Shown: positions 40,786 to 49,773 of the stretch, in pieces
Layout of the letters: each line of letters opens with the position of its first letter
Numbering within the stretch: the first letter of the stretch is position 1
Assembly: GCA_048499675.1 (NCBI GenBank)
Contig: JASNZL010000001.1
Span: 58,747-122,746, forward strand
DNA from: Candidatus Zambryskiibacteriota bacterium
Lineage (GTDB): Bacteria > Patescibacteriota > Minisyncoccia > Phycocordibacterales > WO2-35-19
DNA length: 64,000 nt
Direction: 5' to 3'
The notes under the pieces: generated by a model
Told to the model about the DNA's origin: nothing
What the model saw: the letters and a program-made list of their open reading frames with translations, nothing else
Databases searched by the model: none
Position numbers and translations under genes: made by a program

Positions 40786-40794
40786 GTAATTTTA

Positions 40795-41205
40795 TTAAAA
40801 ATTTATAGGCAAATAAACCGAGTTATTATTACCAATCAGGACATTTATTAATGTACTAACTATAAGCCACGCCGACAATATAAAAACGAAACCAATAAAA
40901 ACTTTAGCCAGCATTGATTTTGCCTCTGATTTTTTGTCCGCAATTCCACTTGTCATATAGACAAATCCTGCCCAAGCGATAACTCCTGTTGCTACCGGAA
41001 CAGAGACAACAAGCAACCATCCCAAAATATTCTTTATCAGTTGAAGCAAATCATTATAGCCACACTCTTTATTTGGCCCTCCACAATCAGGAACTAGCCT
41101 GTTTGGAGCTTCGTCTTGAGCAAATCCAAGCAAAGGAAACAGTGAGACCACAATTAGAACCAGAGCCATCAAGAAATATTTATTTTTTTGTAAAAACACC
41201 AACAT
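40795..41205 (-). CDS. VirB2/TrbC-like pilin 7
   Basis: LVPDC..C; AWAGFVYMTSG...AKSML..VFIG. Confidence 0.85.
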   Translation of the reverse strand: MLVFLQKNKYFLMALVLIVVSLFPLLGFAQDEAPNRLVPDCGGPNKECGYNDLLQLIKNILGWLLVVSVPVATGVIAWAGFVYMTSGIADKKSEAKSMLAKVFIGFVFILSAWLIVSTLINVLIGNNNSVYLPINF

Positions 41206-41207
41206 TT

Positions 41208-42488
41208 TTATTTTATTAAATTAGTCAAACCACTATTGGCTCTATTTATAGCTTCCATCATTCTAGATCTACCACTTGTTATAGATTCAATCATATCTCT
41301 AAAAACTATATTTGTCTCTGTGGGATTTGGGTCAAGCCAAGCTCTTGCGTTGATTGCACTATTGTAAAATATAATCTCGTAAGCATCAGTCTGTCTTTGG
41401 TTTAACAAATCCCTTCTAACTGGCGGCAATTTGATGGCTTTACTAAAAGCTAAACTATTTGTCCTGTCTGTGAGTATAGAAGCTACAGCAAAAGAAGCGT
41501 TTTTATTCCTAGATGCATTTGTAATTGCAAAACTGTTGAAGTTTGAGTAAACAAAACTCTCACCACCTTCCCTTGAAGTTGGCACAGGCGCTACATCAAA
41601 ATTAAGATTAGGATTTCTCACTTGTAAATTTGTTATCTCGCTTGCAAAACCAAAATACATTGCCAAATCACCCGACAAAAAATATGTTGTAGAGTTTGGA
41701 AGCGAACGATTCCAAGAATATGTCGCCCTAGAAGGATTGCTGAATTCTGTATAAAAATTCACCGCTGCTTCTGATGGAACTATTGGTTTGTTGTATAGGC
41801 TTGCAAATGTAACCCTTGGTCCAGTTTGTCCCCAATCTATAACCGAGGTACCGGCTTGCATAGCCAAATTTAACACTATCGCCTTCGCATTTGAAATATT
41901 TGCGTATTCACCAAAAGCAACTGTGCTTCTCAATATATTGAGTGAACCATCCTTGATAGAAATGAGTGGCGCCAGTCTATAAAATTCATCCCAATACTGT
42001 GGCGGTTTGGTCTCTAGCGACTGATTAAATATAGATCTGTTCCAATACATCACAAGCGGATCTACATAAAGAGGAATACCCAAAACACCTTCTGGAGACA
42101 TATAAATCTCCGCCCCTTGTATATATGAATCTCTAAACTGTCTCTGAGTAAATACATTGTATGGTATAGGGTAAACCTTGTTTCTGTGAGTGAGTATTTT
42201 GTCGCTTCGCAACATAAATAAATCTGGACCTACACCAGAAGCTAATGCTTCTACAAAATCCTTGTCAAAACTTTCTTCATTTTTTTGGACATATGTAACG
42301 TTATATTCTTTGCTTTGATACAAAGAAGTCTTTTGAAGAATATCCTCAAAAACCCCTTGAGGTATTGTCCCCCAAACAACAACATTAACTGCGTTTTCGG
42401 TACTGCCTCTATAAGTAGAAAAAACAGCTACACCAAATATTATAAAAAGTCCAAAAACTCCAGTAATAATCAGTTGAAATTTTGTCAT
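41208..42488 (-). CDS. Extracellular solute-binding protein (family 1), N-terminal anchor
   Basis: ALASGVGPDLF, PLYVDPLVMYWNRSIF, FLSGDLAMYFG. Confidence 0.85.
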   Translation of the reverse strand: MTKFQLIITGVFGLFIIFGVAVFSTYRGSTENAVNVVVWGTIPQGVFEDILQKTSLYQSKEYNVTYVQKNEESFDKDFVEALASGVGPDLFMLRSDKILTHRNKVYPIPYNVFTQRQFRDSYIQGAEIYMSPEGVLGIPLYVDPLVMYWNRSIFNQSLETKPPQYWDEFYRLAPLISIKDGSLNILRSTVAFGEYANISNAKAIVLNLAMQAGTSVIDWGQTGPRVTFASLYNKPIVPSEAAVNFYTEFSNPSRATYSWNRSLPNSTTYFLSGDLAMYFGFASEITNLQVRNPNLNFDVAPVPTSREGGESFVYSNFNSFAITNASRNKNASFAVASILTDRTNSLAFSKAIKLPPVRRDLLNQRQTDAYEIIFYNSAINARAWLDPNPTETNIVFRDMIESITSGRSRMMEAINRANSGLTNLIK

Positions 42489-42550
42489 TAGTTATAGTTT
42501 AACAAAAAATAATTTGTTAACACGCAAAAACTGTGAATGACACCTAGAGT

Positions 42551-45022
42551 CTAGAGACAAATGAAAGAGGCAATAGAATCTCCATCTCGGAGTTTCATTA
42601 TTCGCACTCCTTGAGTAGATCGGCCGAGCGATGGTATTTCAGATAATTCCAACCTTATGACCTGACTCTTTTTAGACATCGCCACCGCTTCATCTTCTGA
42701 TTCTGTAACAACAGAAGACGCAATTATCAAACCAGTTTTTGGTGTAACGTTGCTTGTTTTTATTCCAGAACCCCCCCTGTTTTGTATCTTGTATTCCCCT
42801 ATTGGAGTCTTCTTGCCATAACCGTTTGCACCCATAGTCAAAAGTGACGCTGATTTTTCATTTTCTTTTGGTACCGGATGAGCCCCTATTACCATATCCC
42901 CTTTTGCCAGTTTTATAACTCGGACCCCAGCAGCAGTACGCCCCATCTCCCTCACATCATTTTCTTTAAATCTTATAGATTGGCCTTTTGTTGTAACAAC
43001 AATACAAGAGTCCCCTTTTTTGACCTGAGAAACAGAAACTAGTTTATCTCCATCTCCTAATTTAATTGCTATTATTCCACTTGACCTTACATCACTAAAG
43101 CTAGAAGCCGAGACTTTTTTGCTTATACCTTCCTCTGTAACCATAAGCAAAGATAAGTCTTTGTCATTCTTGGCATCTTTCTTAACAGGCAATATAGAAG
43201 TAACCCTTTCCCCTTCAGAGAGCGAAATAAAATTCATAATTGATTTTCCTCGTGTTGCTCTCTTACCTTCTGGAAGTTCGTACATTTTTATTTTGTATGC
43301 CTTACCTCTATCGGTAAAGAAGAGTAAATCAGAGTGAGTACTTGAAGTCAAAAAGTTTGTGACAAAATCTTCTTCTTTTGTATTTAAATCAACAACACCA
43401 ACTCCACCTCTCTTTTGTTTTCTATATTCATCTGGATGTGTTCTCTTGATGTAGCCACCCTGAGTCAAGACGATAGTGTTTTCTTCATCAGCTATAATAT
43501 CTTCTACCGACAAAACCTTGACTCCACCTTTAACAACTTTTGTGCGTCTTTCGTCCCCGTATTTCTCGCCTATTTCAGAAAGTTCTTTTTTGATTATTGT
43601 CAAAATTTTCTTTGGGTTGGCAAGGATGCTTTGCAATTCTTTTATGAGCTCTTGTACTGCTTTGAGCTCATCCTCTATTTTCTTTCTTTCAAGACCAGCA
43701 AGCTTCTGCAATCTCATTTCCAAGATAGCGTTCGCTTGAATTTCGGAAAACTTAAATTCCTTCATCAAATTTGCTCTGGCTGTATCAACATCTTTACTCT
43801 TTTTTATAAGAGCAATGATTTTGTCTATATGATCAAGTGCTTTTTTGAGACCTAAAAGTATATGTTCTCTCGCTTCCGCTTCTTTCAAATCAAATTCTGT
43901 TCTTCTTCTGATAACTATTTGTCTGTGTTTTATAAACTCCTCTAATATGGTTTTTAGTGAAAGTGTCTGAGGGACCCCATCTACAAGAGCAACTAAGTTG
44001 AGGTGAAAAGTGTCTTCTAATTGAGTATGTTTGTATAGATAATTTAAAACTTTCTGTGGTTGACTTCCATTTTTTAAATCAATAACAACCCTAATATCTT
44101 TTGTTGATTCATCTCTTATACCTTTGATACCATCAACCTTTTTATCTCTAACCAATTCTGCTATTTTGATTATCAAATCTGCTTTGTTAACTCTATAAGG
44201 AATCGATGAAATTATAATTTGTGAATTACTTTTTTCTTCTACTATTTCTGCTACCCCTCTTGTCACAATTCCACCTCGGCCTGTAGCATAAGCATGATGA
44301 ATATCTTTGGCATTAAAAATCACTCCACCCAAAGGAAAATCAGGGCCTTGTATAAATTGCAAAAGGTCTTCTGTTGTTGCTTCTTTGTTATCTATCAAAT
44401 ACGCTGTAGCGTCGATTACCTCTCTTATGTTGTGTGGCGGAATATTTGTCGCCATACCAACAGCAATTCCAAGGGTGCCATTGAGTAACACTTGCGGGAC
44501 AGCAGAAGGCAAGACAGTTGGTTCTTTTTTGGTTGCATCGTAGTTTGGCTTCCACTCGACAGTATCTTTGTGTATATCACGAAGCATTTCGCCTGCGATT
44601 TTACTCATCTTAGCTTCTGTATAACGCATAGCAGCTGCTCCGTCACCATCCACAGAACCAAAGTTTCCCTGCCCGATTACAAGCGGATATCTATATCCAA
44701 AATCTTGAGCCATCTTAACCATCGCTTCATAAGCAGACGTGTCACCGTGCGGGTGGTAATTTCCCAAAACCTCTCCAACTACCGCTGCAGATTTTCTTGT
44801 TTTTGCTCCGGATGACAGACCCATAGAATGCATAGCATAGAGAATTCTTCTGTGTACCGGTTTCAAACCATCCCGCACGTCAGGCAAAGCACGATCGGTA
44901 ATAACTGACATTGCATAATCAATAAAAGATGACTTCATCTCACCCACAATGGATTGTGATATTACGTTTACGTGAGCTACCACATCTTCTTCATTTTCGT
45001 TTTTGTTTTGTTTTTTAGGCAT
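42551..45022 (-). CDS. gyrA: DNA gyrase subunit A
   Basis: [29 protein letters not shown], GyrA-box QKRGGVG. Confidence 0.97.
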   Translation of the reverse strand: MPKKQNKNENEEDVVAHVNVISQSIVGEMKSSFIDYAMSVITDRALPDVRDGLKPVHRRILYAMHSMGLSSGAKTRKSAAVVGEVLGNYHPHGDTSAYEAMVKMAQDFGYRYPLVIGQGNFGSVDGDGAAAMRYTEAKMSKIAGEMLRDIHKDTVEWKPNYDATKKEPTVLPSAVPQVLLNGTLGIAVGMATNIPPHNIREVIDATAYLIDNKEATTEDLLQFIQGPDFPLGGVIFNAKDIHHAYATGRGGIVTRGVAEIVEEKSNSQIIISSIPYRVNKADLIIKIAELVRDKKVDGIKGIRDESTKDIRVVIDLKNGSQPQKVLNYLYKHTQLEDTFHLNLVALVDGVPQTLSLKTILEEFIKHRQIVIRRRTEFDLKEAEAREHILLGLKKALDHIDKIIALIKKSKDVDTARANLMKEFKFSEIQANAILEMRLQKLAGLERKKIEDELKAVQELIKELQSILANPKKILTIIKKELSEIGEKYGDERRTKVVKGGVKVLSVEDIIADEENTIVLTQGGYIKRTHPDEYRKQKRGGVGVVDLNTKEEDFVTNFLTSSTHSDLLFFTDRGKAYKIKMYELPEGKRATRGKSIMNFISLSEGERVTSILPVKKDAKNDKDLSLLMVTEEGISKKVSASSFSDVRSSGIIAIKLGDGDKLVSVSQVKKGDSCIVVTTKGQSIRFKENDVREMGRTAAGVRVIKLAKGDMVIGAHPVPKENEKSASLLTMGANGYGKKTPIGEYKIQNRGGSGIKTSNVTPKTGLIIASSVVTESEDEAVAMSKKSQVIRLELSEIPSLGRSTQGVRIMKLRDGDSIASFICL

Positions 45023-45129
45023 CTTTTATTTTGTTACTCCTTATTATAGCAAAATCCAGACTTATTTTCAACCAAAAAACCCATAAAAGGGCTTGGTTTT
45101 ATCATCAATTTAGGTAATTTATTGATACT

Positions 45130-45480
45130 TTATTTTCTCTCATAAACCTCAATTCCAGTAAAAAAAGGTACAAATACTGCTGAAACAGAATTTTTAAAAT
45201 TTGTATATTGTTTGCTTAATTCCTCAAAAGCAACCCCGAGAGTTTTTTTGGAATTTTCCAAGGGTGACGGCACACTGCCAACAGAAGCGGTATTTGAAGC
45301 TCTTTGTAGCTCGACTGTATTTGCGATATTTGATTCGTTTCCGCCAAAACTTATGAATCCTTTATAAAAACCAAAGCTAACAAAAATAAAAAGTGAGAGG
45401 GTGATAGTTAGACCAATCGCCCACCTGTTCCTGTACTCTTCAGGTTGTTGCATTATTTGATTATATTTTTTGACCAACAT
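45130..45480 (-). CDS. Hypothetical single-TM protein
   Basis: ORF in operon context with one hydrophobic helix. Confidence 0.6.
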   Translation of the reverse strand: MLVKKYNQIMQQPEEYRNRWAIGLTITLSLFIFVSFGFYKGFISFGGNESNIANTVELQRASNTASVGSVPSPLENSKKTLGVAFEELSKQYTNFKNSVSAVFVPFFTGIEVYERK

Positions 45481-45489
45481 TTTTTTGGA

Positions 45490-46113
45490 TTATTGTTTTT
45501 GTAAAATTACAATTTCTCCTTTTTTACCTTCCAAATCTTTCTTTTTGATTGTTAGTTTATCGATAGGTTTAACGTCTTCGCTTCCCCCTTCTTTCAAAAA
45601 TGTTTTGAGTGAAGAGTCTGTATAATTCATAGGTATAATTATAGAAGGTTCCAAGGAAACAGCAAACTTATAAGCTTCGTGCGCATCCAAAACACCATCT
45701 CCATTTATTGGTACAAAAAGTATATCAACCCCATCAATTGCTTCTACTGCCTCACTTGGAATTTTAGAACTGCTAATCGCGCCCATAAAACAAATGTTGA
45801 TATTTTCTAGATTTACTGAATAGATTGTGTTTATTTTATCCTCGCCACCATAATTTGAAACCGAAGAAAGTCCTTTTACAAAGACTCCACCAATTTCGTA
45901 TTCTCCGGGGCCATCTATCACGAACGCCTCCTTGTCTCCTCTACTTGCCTGATCTCTACCGTTCATATCTGGATGGTTTAAGGAAATAAGAGCAATATCT
46001 GCACCATAACTTCCTGCTTTGTGTTTGCTTTGTTTTGAAATAGGATCAAATGCGAGAACCGTGTCCCCAAACTGCACCTTAAAAGATTGTACTCCTTGAT
46101 GTGTGATTATCAT
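45490..46113 (-). CDS. MBL-fold hydrolase (Lactamase_B_3-like), degenerate metal motifs
   Basis: ADIALISLNHPDMN, IDGPGEYEIGGV, VDILFVP, IIIPMNY. Confidence 0.8.
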   Translation of the reverse strand: MIITHQGVQSFKVQFGDTVLAFDPISKQSKHKAGSYGADIALISLNHPDMNGRDQASRGDKEAFVIDGPGEYEIGGVFVKGLSSVSNYGGEDKINTIYSVNLENINICFMGAISSSKIPSEAVEAIDGVDILFVPINGDGVLDAHEAYKFAVSLEPSIIIPMNYTDSSLKTFLKEGGSEDVKPIDKLTIKKKDLEGKKGEIVILQKQ

Positions 46114-46154
46114 ATTCCTATTATAGCAAAAAATGACTTAAAAGAAAGAGTTCA

Positions 46155-46766
46155 TTACTTGAGATTTTTTATGATTTTAATGAGTTCGGGAAATTTTTCT
46201 ATCATAAAATGTCCGTTTTTGTTTTCATATATTATGATATTTGCCTTCTTTAGTTTCTTTCCGTATTTTTCTGCGTGGGATATTGGGACGACTGGGTCGT
46301 CTTTTGAAAACATTAGGTATACATTTTTGGAAGAGTTGTCTAATTTGCTCAAATCTTTTCCTAAACGAAAACCGCCAACCAAATCTTCTCCTCCGGTTGT
46401 ATTATCAAAAGGCGGACATATGAGAAAAACTGCTTTAATTTTTTTAGTAAACTTATTCTCTGAAAGATATCTCGCAAGAAATATTCCACCAAGAGAAACA
46501 CCTATTAAAATTATGTTGTTTTTGAGTAGAGGAAAATATCTTTCAAAAAATATCTTCCACTCTTCATATTTTGCATCTTCTTTTAGAGGCATTTTGGGAC
46601 GAATTATGTCAAAATCTTTACCTAAATTTTTATCAAGATAATCTGTAGCCCAACTCGTCTTTTTATCCAGAGATACTTTTTTGTTTTTTAGATAATTTAT
46701 AAAATCTTTTTTTGATTTAAAAGTCGTGCCCCCGTGGATTATAAATATTTGGCTTTTTGTTTTCAT
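46155..46766 (-). CDS. Alpha/beta hydrolase (RBBP9/YdeN-like)
   Basis: IIHGG, GVSLGG nucleophile elbow, SKDDPVV, GHF. Confidence 0.85.
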   Translation of the reverse strand: MKTKSQIFIIHGGTTFKSKKDFINYLKNKKVSLDKKTSWATDYLDKNLGKDFDIIRPKMPLKEDAKYEEWKIFFERYFPLLKNNIILIGVSLGGIFLARYLSENKFTKKIKAVFLICPPFDNTTGGEDLVGGFRLGKDLSKLDNSSKNVYLMFSKDDPVVPISHAEKYGKKLKKANIIIYENKNGHFMIEKFPELIKIIKNLK

Positions 46767-46812
46767 ACTTTAATTTTTTTATAATGTGAATTGCCCCTCA
46801 CTTTGTTCTAGA

Positions 46813-47009
46813 CTCTCGCAAAATATATTCGCTTTGCTCATTATTTTGCGGAGGGTAGAGGATTTGGTCACGCATAATTTTTTTCAAAAATTTGCTCGAC
46901 CCCGACTCCCCTTCGCAAGCTCAGGGTCCGTCTTTCAAATCCCAAAAAGTACTATCCGAAGTACTTTTTGCCCCTCTCGCAAAATATATTCGCTTTGCTC
47001 ATTATTTTG
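46813..47009 (-). repeat. tRNA-Ser trailer module (~161-bp period)
   Basis: Minus: GGGATTT-GAAAGACGG...GAGTCGGGGTCGAG...GTGAC-CAAATCCTCTACCCTCCGC plus repeated trailer hairpin. Confidence 0.85.
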
Positions 47010-47094
47010 CGGAGGGTAGAGGATTTGAACCTCTGAGGGATTGCTCCCAACCGCGTTTCGAGTGCGGCGCATTAGACCTCTCTGCCAACCCTCC
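47010..47094 (-). tRNA. tRNA-Ser(CGA)
   Basis: GGAGGGT/ACCCTCC; CCGCA-CTCGAAA-CGCGG; long variable arm. Confidence 0.94.
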
Positions 47095-47226
47095 TTCTGA
47101 CCTCCTTTAATCTAACACTTTTTGCATTTTTATCAAAAAATGTTATGATTTGATTTCAGTTTTATTTTTGATTTTATTTGAAAATTAAAAATTTAAAATT
47201 GAAAATTATGATGCTTTGCATCATCT

Positions 47227-47298
47227 GGCCCCATCGTCTAACGGTTAGGACGGAAGCTTTTCAAGCTTTAAATCGGAGTTCGATTCTCCGTGGGGTCA
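47227..47298 (+). tRNA. tRNA-Glu(TTC)
   Basis: GGCCCCA/TGGGGTC; AAGC-TTTTCAA-GCTT; GTTCGATTC. Confidence 0.94.
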
Positions 47299-47740
47299 CA
47301 GGTACTTAAGATCCGATGCGAATGCATCGGGTTTTTAGTACCTGTAGGGTTCCATACGGGGAATCGAAAGACGGGGGCGCGAAGCCGATTGCAAAGCAAT
47401 CGTTGCCGAGTCGGGGTCGAGAAAAATTTGCACTAGCAAATTTATTCGTGACCGATTCTCCGTGGGGTCACAGGTACTTAAGATCCGATGCGAATGCATC
47501 GGGTTTTTAGTACCTGTGGGGTTCCATACGGGGAATCGAAAGACGGAGGCGCGAAGCCGATTGCAAAGCAATCGTTGCCGAGTCGGGTGAGAATTGGGTA
47601 GGGACCCAATTTGCAAGACTCATTGAGATATTTTATGAGTTGAAACGAAATACAATATCCAATGAGTGGACAGATTCTGTAAGAATCGCACAAAATTTCT
47701 GTAAGGAATTTATTCGTGACCGATTCTCCGTGGGGTCACA
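47281..47740 (+). repeat. Two tandem tRNA-Glu trailer modules (172 and 268 bp)
   Basis: CGATTCTCCGTGGGGTCACAG at 47281, 47453, 47721; antisense arm ACGGGGAATCGAA then AGACGG core. Confidence 0.9.
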
Positions 47741-47768
47741 GATTTTTCAATCAACCAAAAGGGCAGGT

Positions 47769-48026
47769 TTAGGACCTGCCCGAGTCGGTTAGCGGGTTTT
47801 TCTCAACCACAAACCGAATCTTGAATTTCTTTTTGAGTTCGGGAACATTTAGAATCATGTCCCTTTTCGGAAGTCTTGGTGCCTCACTTGTAAAACCGAT
47901 GATAATTTTACCATCAAGTTTTGCACCGTGAATTTTAGCTTTGGGAGAGAACTTGTCCCAAAAGGCATCGAGTGCAATCCTTTTGGTATTTGCAAATCTT
48001 TGAATATTTCTGACCCGCATAACCAA
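47769..48026 (-). CDS. Small basic hypothetical protein
   Basis: ORF with GGAAAGGAGG RBS upstream. Confidence 0.5.
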   Translation of the reverse strand: MVMRVRNIQRFANTKRIALDAFWDKFSPKAKIHGAKLDGKIIIGFTSEAPRLPKRDMILNVPELKKKFKIRFVVEKNPLTDSGRS

Positions 48027-48372
48027 CCTCCTTTCCTAATATAAGCATACTCCTTTGTATAAAAACTAAATCTATCTTTTTTTCATTTTTGTATTATAAT
48101 TTTAAAGATAATTATTTTTTCTTTTTATCAAAATCGCTGTCGTTTTATTAGTAGTTTATTGTTTTTGTCTCGATACATCGAGACATTTGGAGTCAATTTT
48201 GTAATAAAAAATGTTAGAAATTCTTAATATTTGTAAGAAGGCAAAACTTATTATATTGTGAATAAATGATTATATTAGGAATAGAAACGAGTTGTGACCC
48301 CGCAAAATTCGCTACTACTCATCGCGGGGCGAGAGGAGTGATTAGTTTTACTTATAATTCTTTATTCAATTT

Positions 48373-49590
48373 ATGGTGATATTAGGAATAGAAACGAGTT
48401 GCGACGAAACTGCAGTAAGTGTGGTAAGAGCAGAGGGAGATTTGGATTCTCTTAGTTTTGAGTTGCTTGGAAGTGCTATTAACAGCCAAATAGAGATGCA
48501 CAAGGAATTTGGTGGCGTAGTACCAAACATAGCCAAAAGAGAGCACCAAAAAAATTTGATTCCTGTGTTAATAAAAGCACTTAATGAATCAAATTTAATT
48601 TCTAATTTTCAATTTTCAATTTTCAATGAATTTTCAAATGCCAATGTAGATAATGTAGAAAAAACAAAGGAAGTAACTCCTATATCAGATTTTATCTCTA
48701 AGCTACAACCTCTGAGCTCTAAATTAGATTTAATTGCAGTGACAGTTGGACCAGGACTAGAACCAGCTCTTTGGACAGGTATAAAGTTTGCTGAAGAACT
48801 TGGTAAAGAACTCGGAGTTCCTGTGATTGGAACGAATCATATGGAGGGACATATAGCTTCGGTTTTGCTAAGCAAAACCGAAGTAAATACTAAATCCGAA
48901 TTACTAAATCCTAAACAAAACTTAAATTCCAAAAACCAAATCTTAAATAATAAAATACAGTTTCCGGCGATTGCGCTCTTGGTTTCAGGAGGACATACAG
49001 AACTTGTCTATTTAAAAAATTGGTCGGACAAAGAAAAGATAGGAGAGACAAAAGATGATGCAGTTGGCGAAGCTTTTGATAAAGTCGCGAGAATGCTTTC
49101 TCTTCCCTATCCAGGTGGCCCAGAAATTTCTAAACTAGCAGAGATAGCAAGAGATGAAAAATTGTATCTTGATACAAAATTCCCCCGCCCAATGATTAAT
49201 ACCAAGGATTTTAATTTTTCCTTTTCTGGTCTTAAAACCGCAGTTCTCTATTACATCAAAAATCAAAAAGAAATTACAGAGCAAAAGAAAAAAGAGATTG
49301 CGCGAGAATTTGAAGATGCGGTTATCGAAACACTTATAACAAAAACAAAGAGAGCCATTGAAGAATACTGCCCAAAAACTCTTATTGTAGGCGGTGGAGT
49401 AATAGCAAATAAACTACTCAGAAAAAAAATAAGTGAATTTGAGAATGAATATGGAGACCTTAGTGTAAAAATATCAGAAAAAAGTTTGGCGACAGATAAC
49501 GCAGTAATGATTGCAATTGCTGGCTACATACAATTCTTAACCAACAAAGACAAACTAGAATTAAAAGCAAACGGAAATCTAAACATCTAA
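48373..49590 (+). CDS. tsaD: tRNA threonylcarbamoyladenosine biosynthesis protein TsaD, with two low-complexity insertions
   Basis: LGIETSCDET, GPGL, NHMEGH, LVSGGHT, DDAVGEAFDK, FSFSGLKT, TDNAVMIA. Confidence 0.95.
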   Translation: MVILGIETSCDETAVSVVRAEGDLDSLSFELLGSAINSQIEMHKEFGGVVPNIAKREHQKNLIPVLIKALNESNLISNFQFSIFNEFSNANVDNVEKTKEVTPISDFISKLQPLSSKLDLIAVTVGPGLEPALWTGIKFAEELGKELGVPVIGTNHMEGHIASVLLSKTEVNTKSELLNPKQNLNSKNQILNNKIQFPAIALLVSGGHTELVYLKNWSDKEKIGETKDDAVGEAFDKVARMLSLPYPGGPEISKLAEIARDEKLYLDTKFPRPMINTKDFNFSFSGLKTAVLYYIKNQKEITEQKKKEIAREFEDAVIETLITKTKRAIEEYCPKTLIVGGGVIANKLLRKKISEFENEYGDLSVKISEKSLATDNAVMIAIAGYIQFLTNKDKLELKANGNLNI

Positions 49591-49600
49591 CCAATCCCGT

Positions 49601-49676
49601 TTATCCAAGGGCTACCCTTGGATAAAAAATATATTGAAAAATAAGGAGAGAAATCTTCCAAGGGTAGCCCTTGGAA
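49601..49676. repeat. Pair of inverted REP-like palindromes
   Basis: TCCAAGGGCTACCCTTGGA and TCCAAGGGTAGCCCTTGGA; related CACAGGGCTACCCTGTG near 35184. Confidence 0.65.
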
Positions 49677-49773
49677 ATTAGATAATTTAGTATAACAAAA
49701 ATCATTCTCTTTTTTGAGAATGATTTTTGTTATTTTGAGTATTATTTTGGATTCTGAATTCTGATTTTAATTT

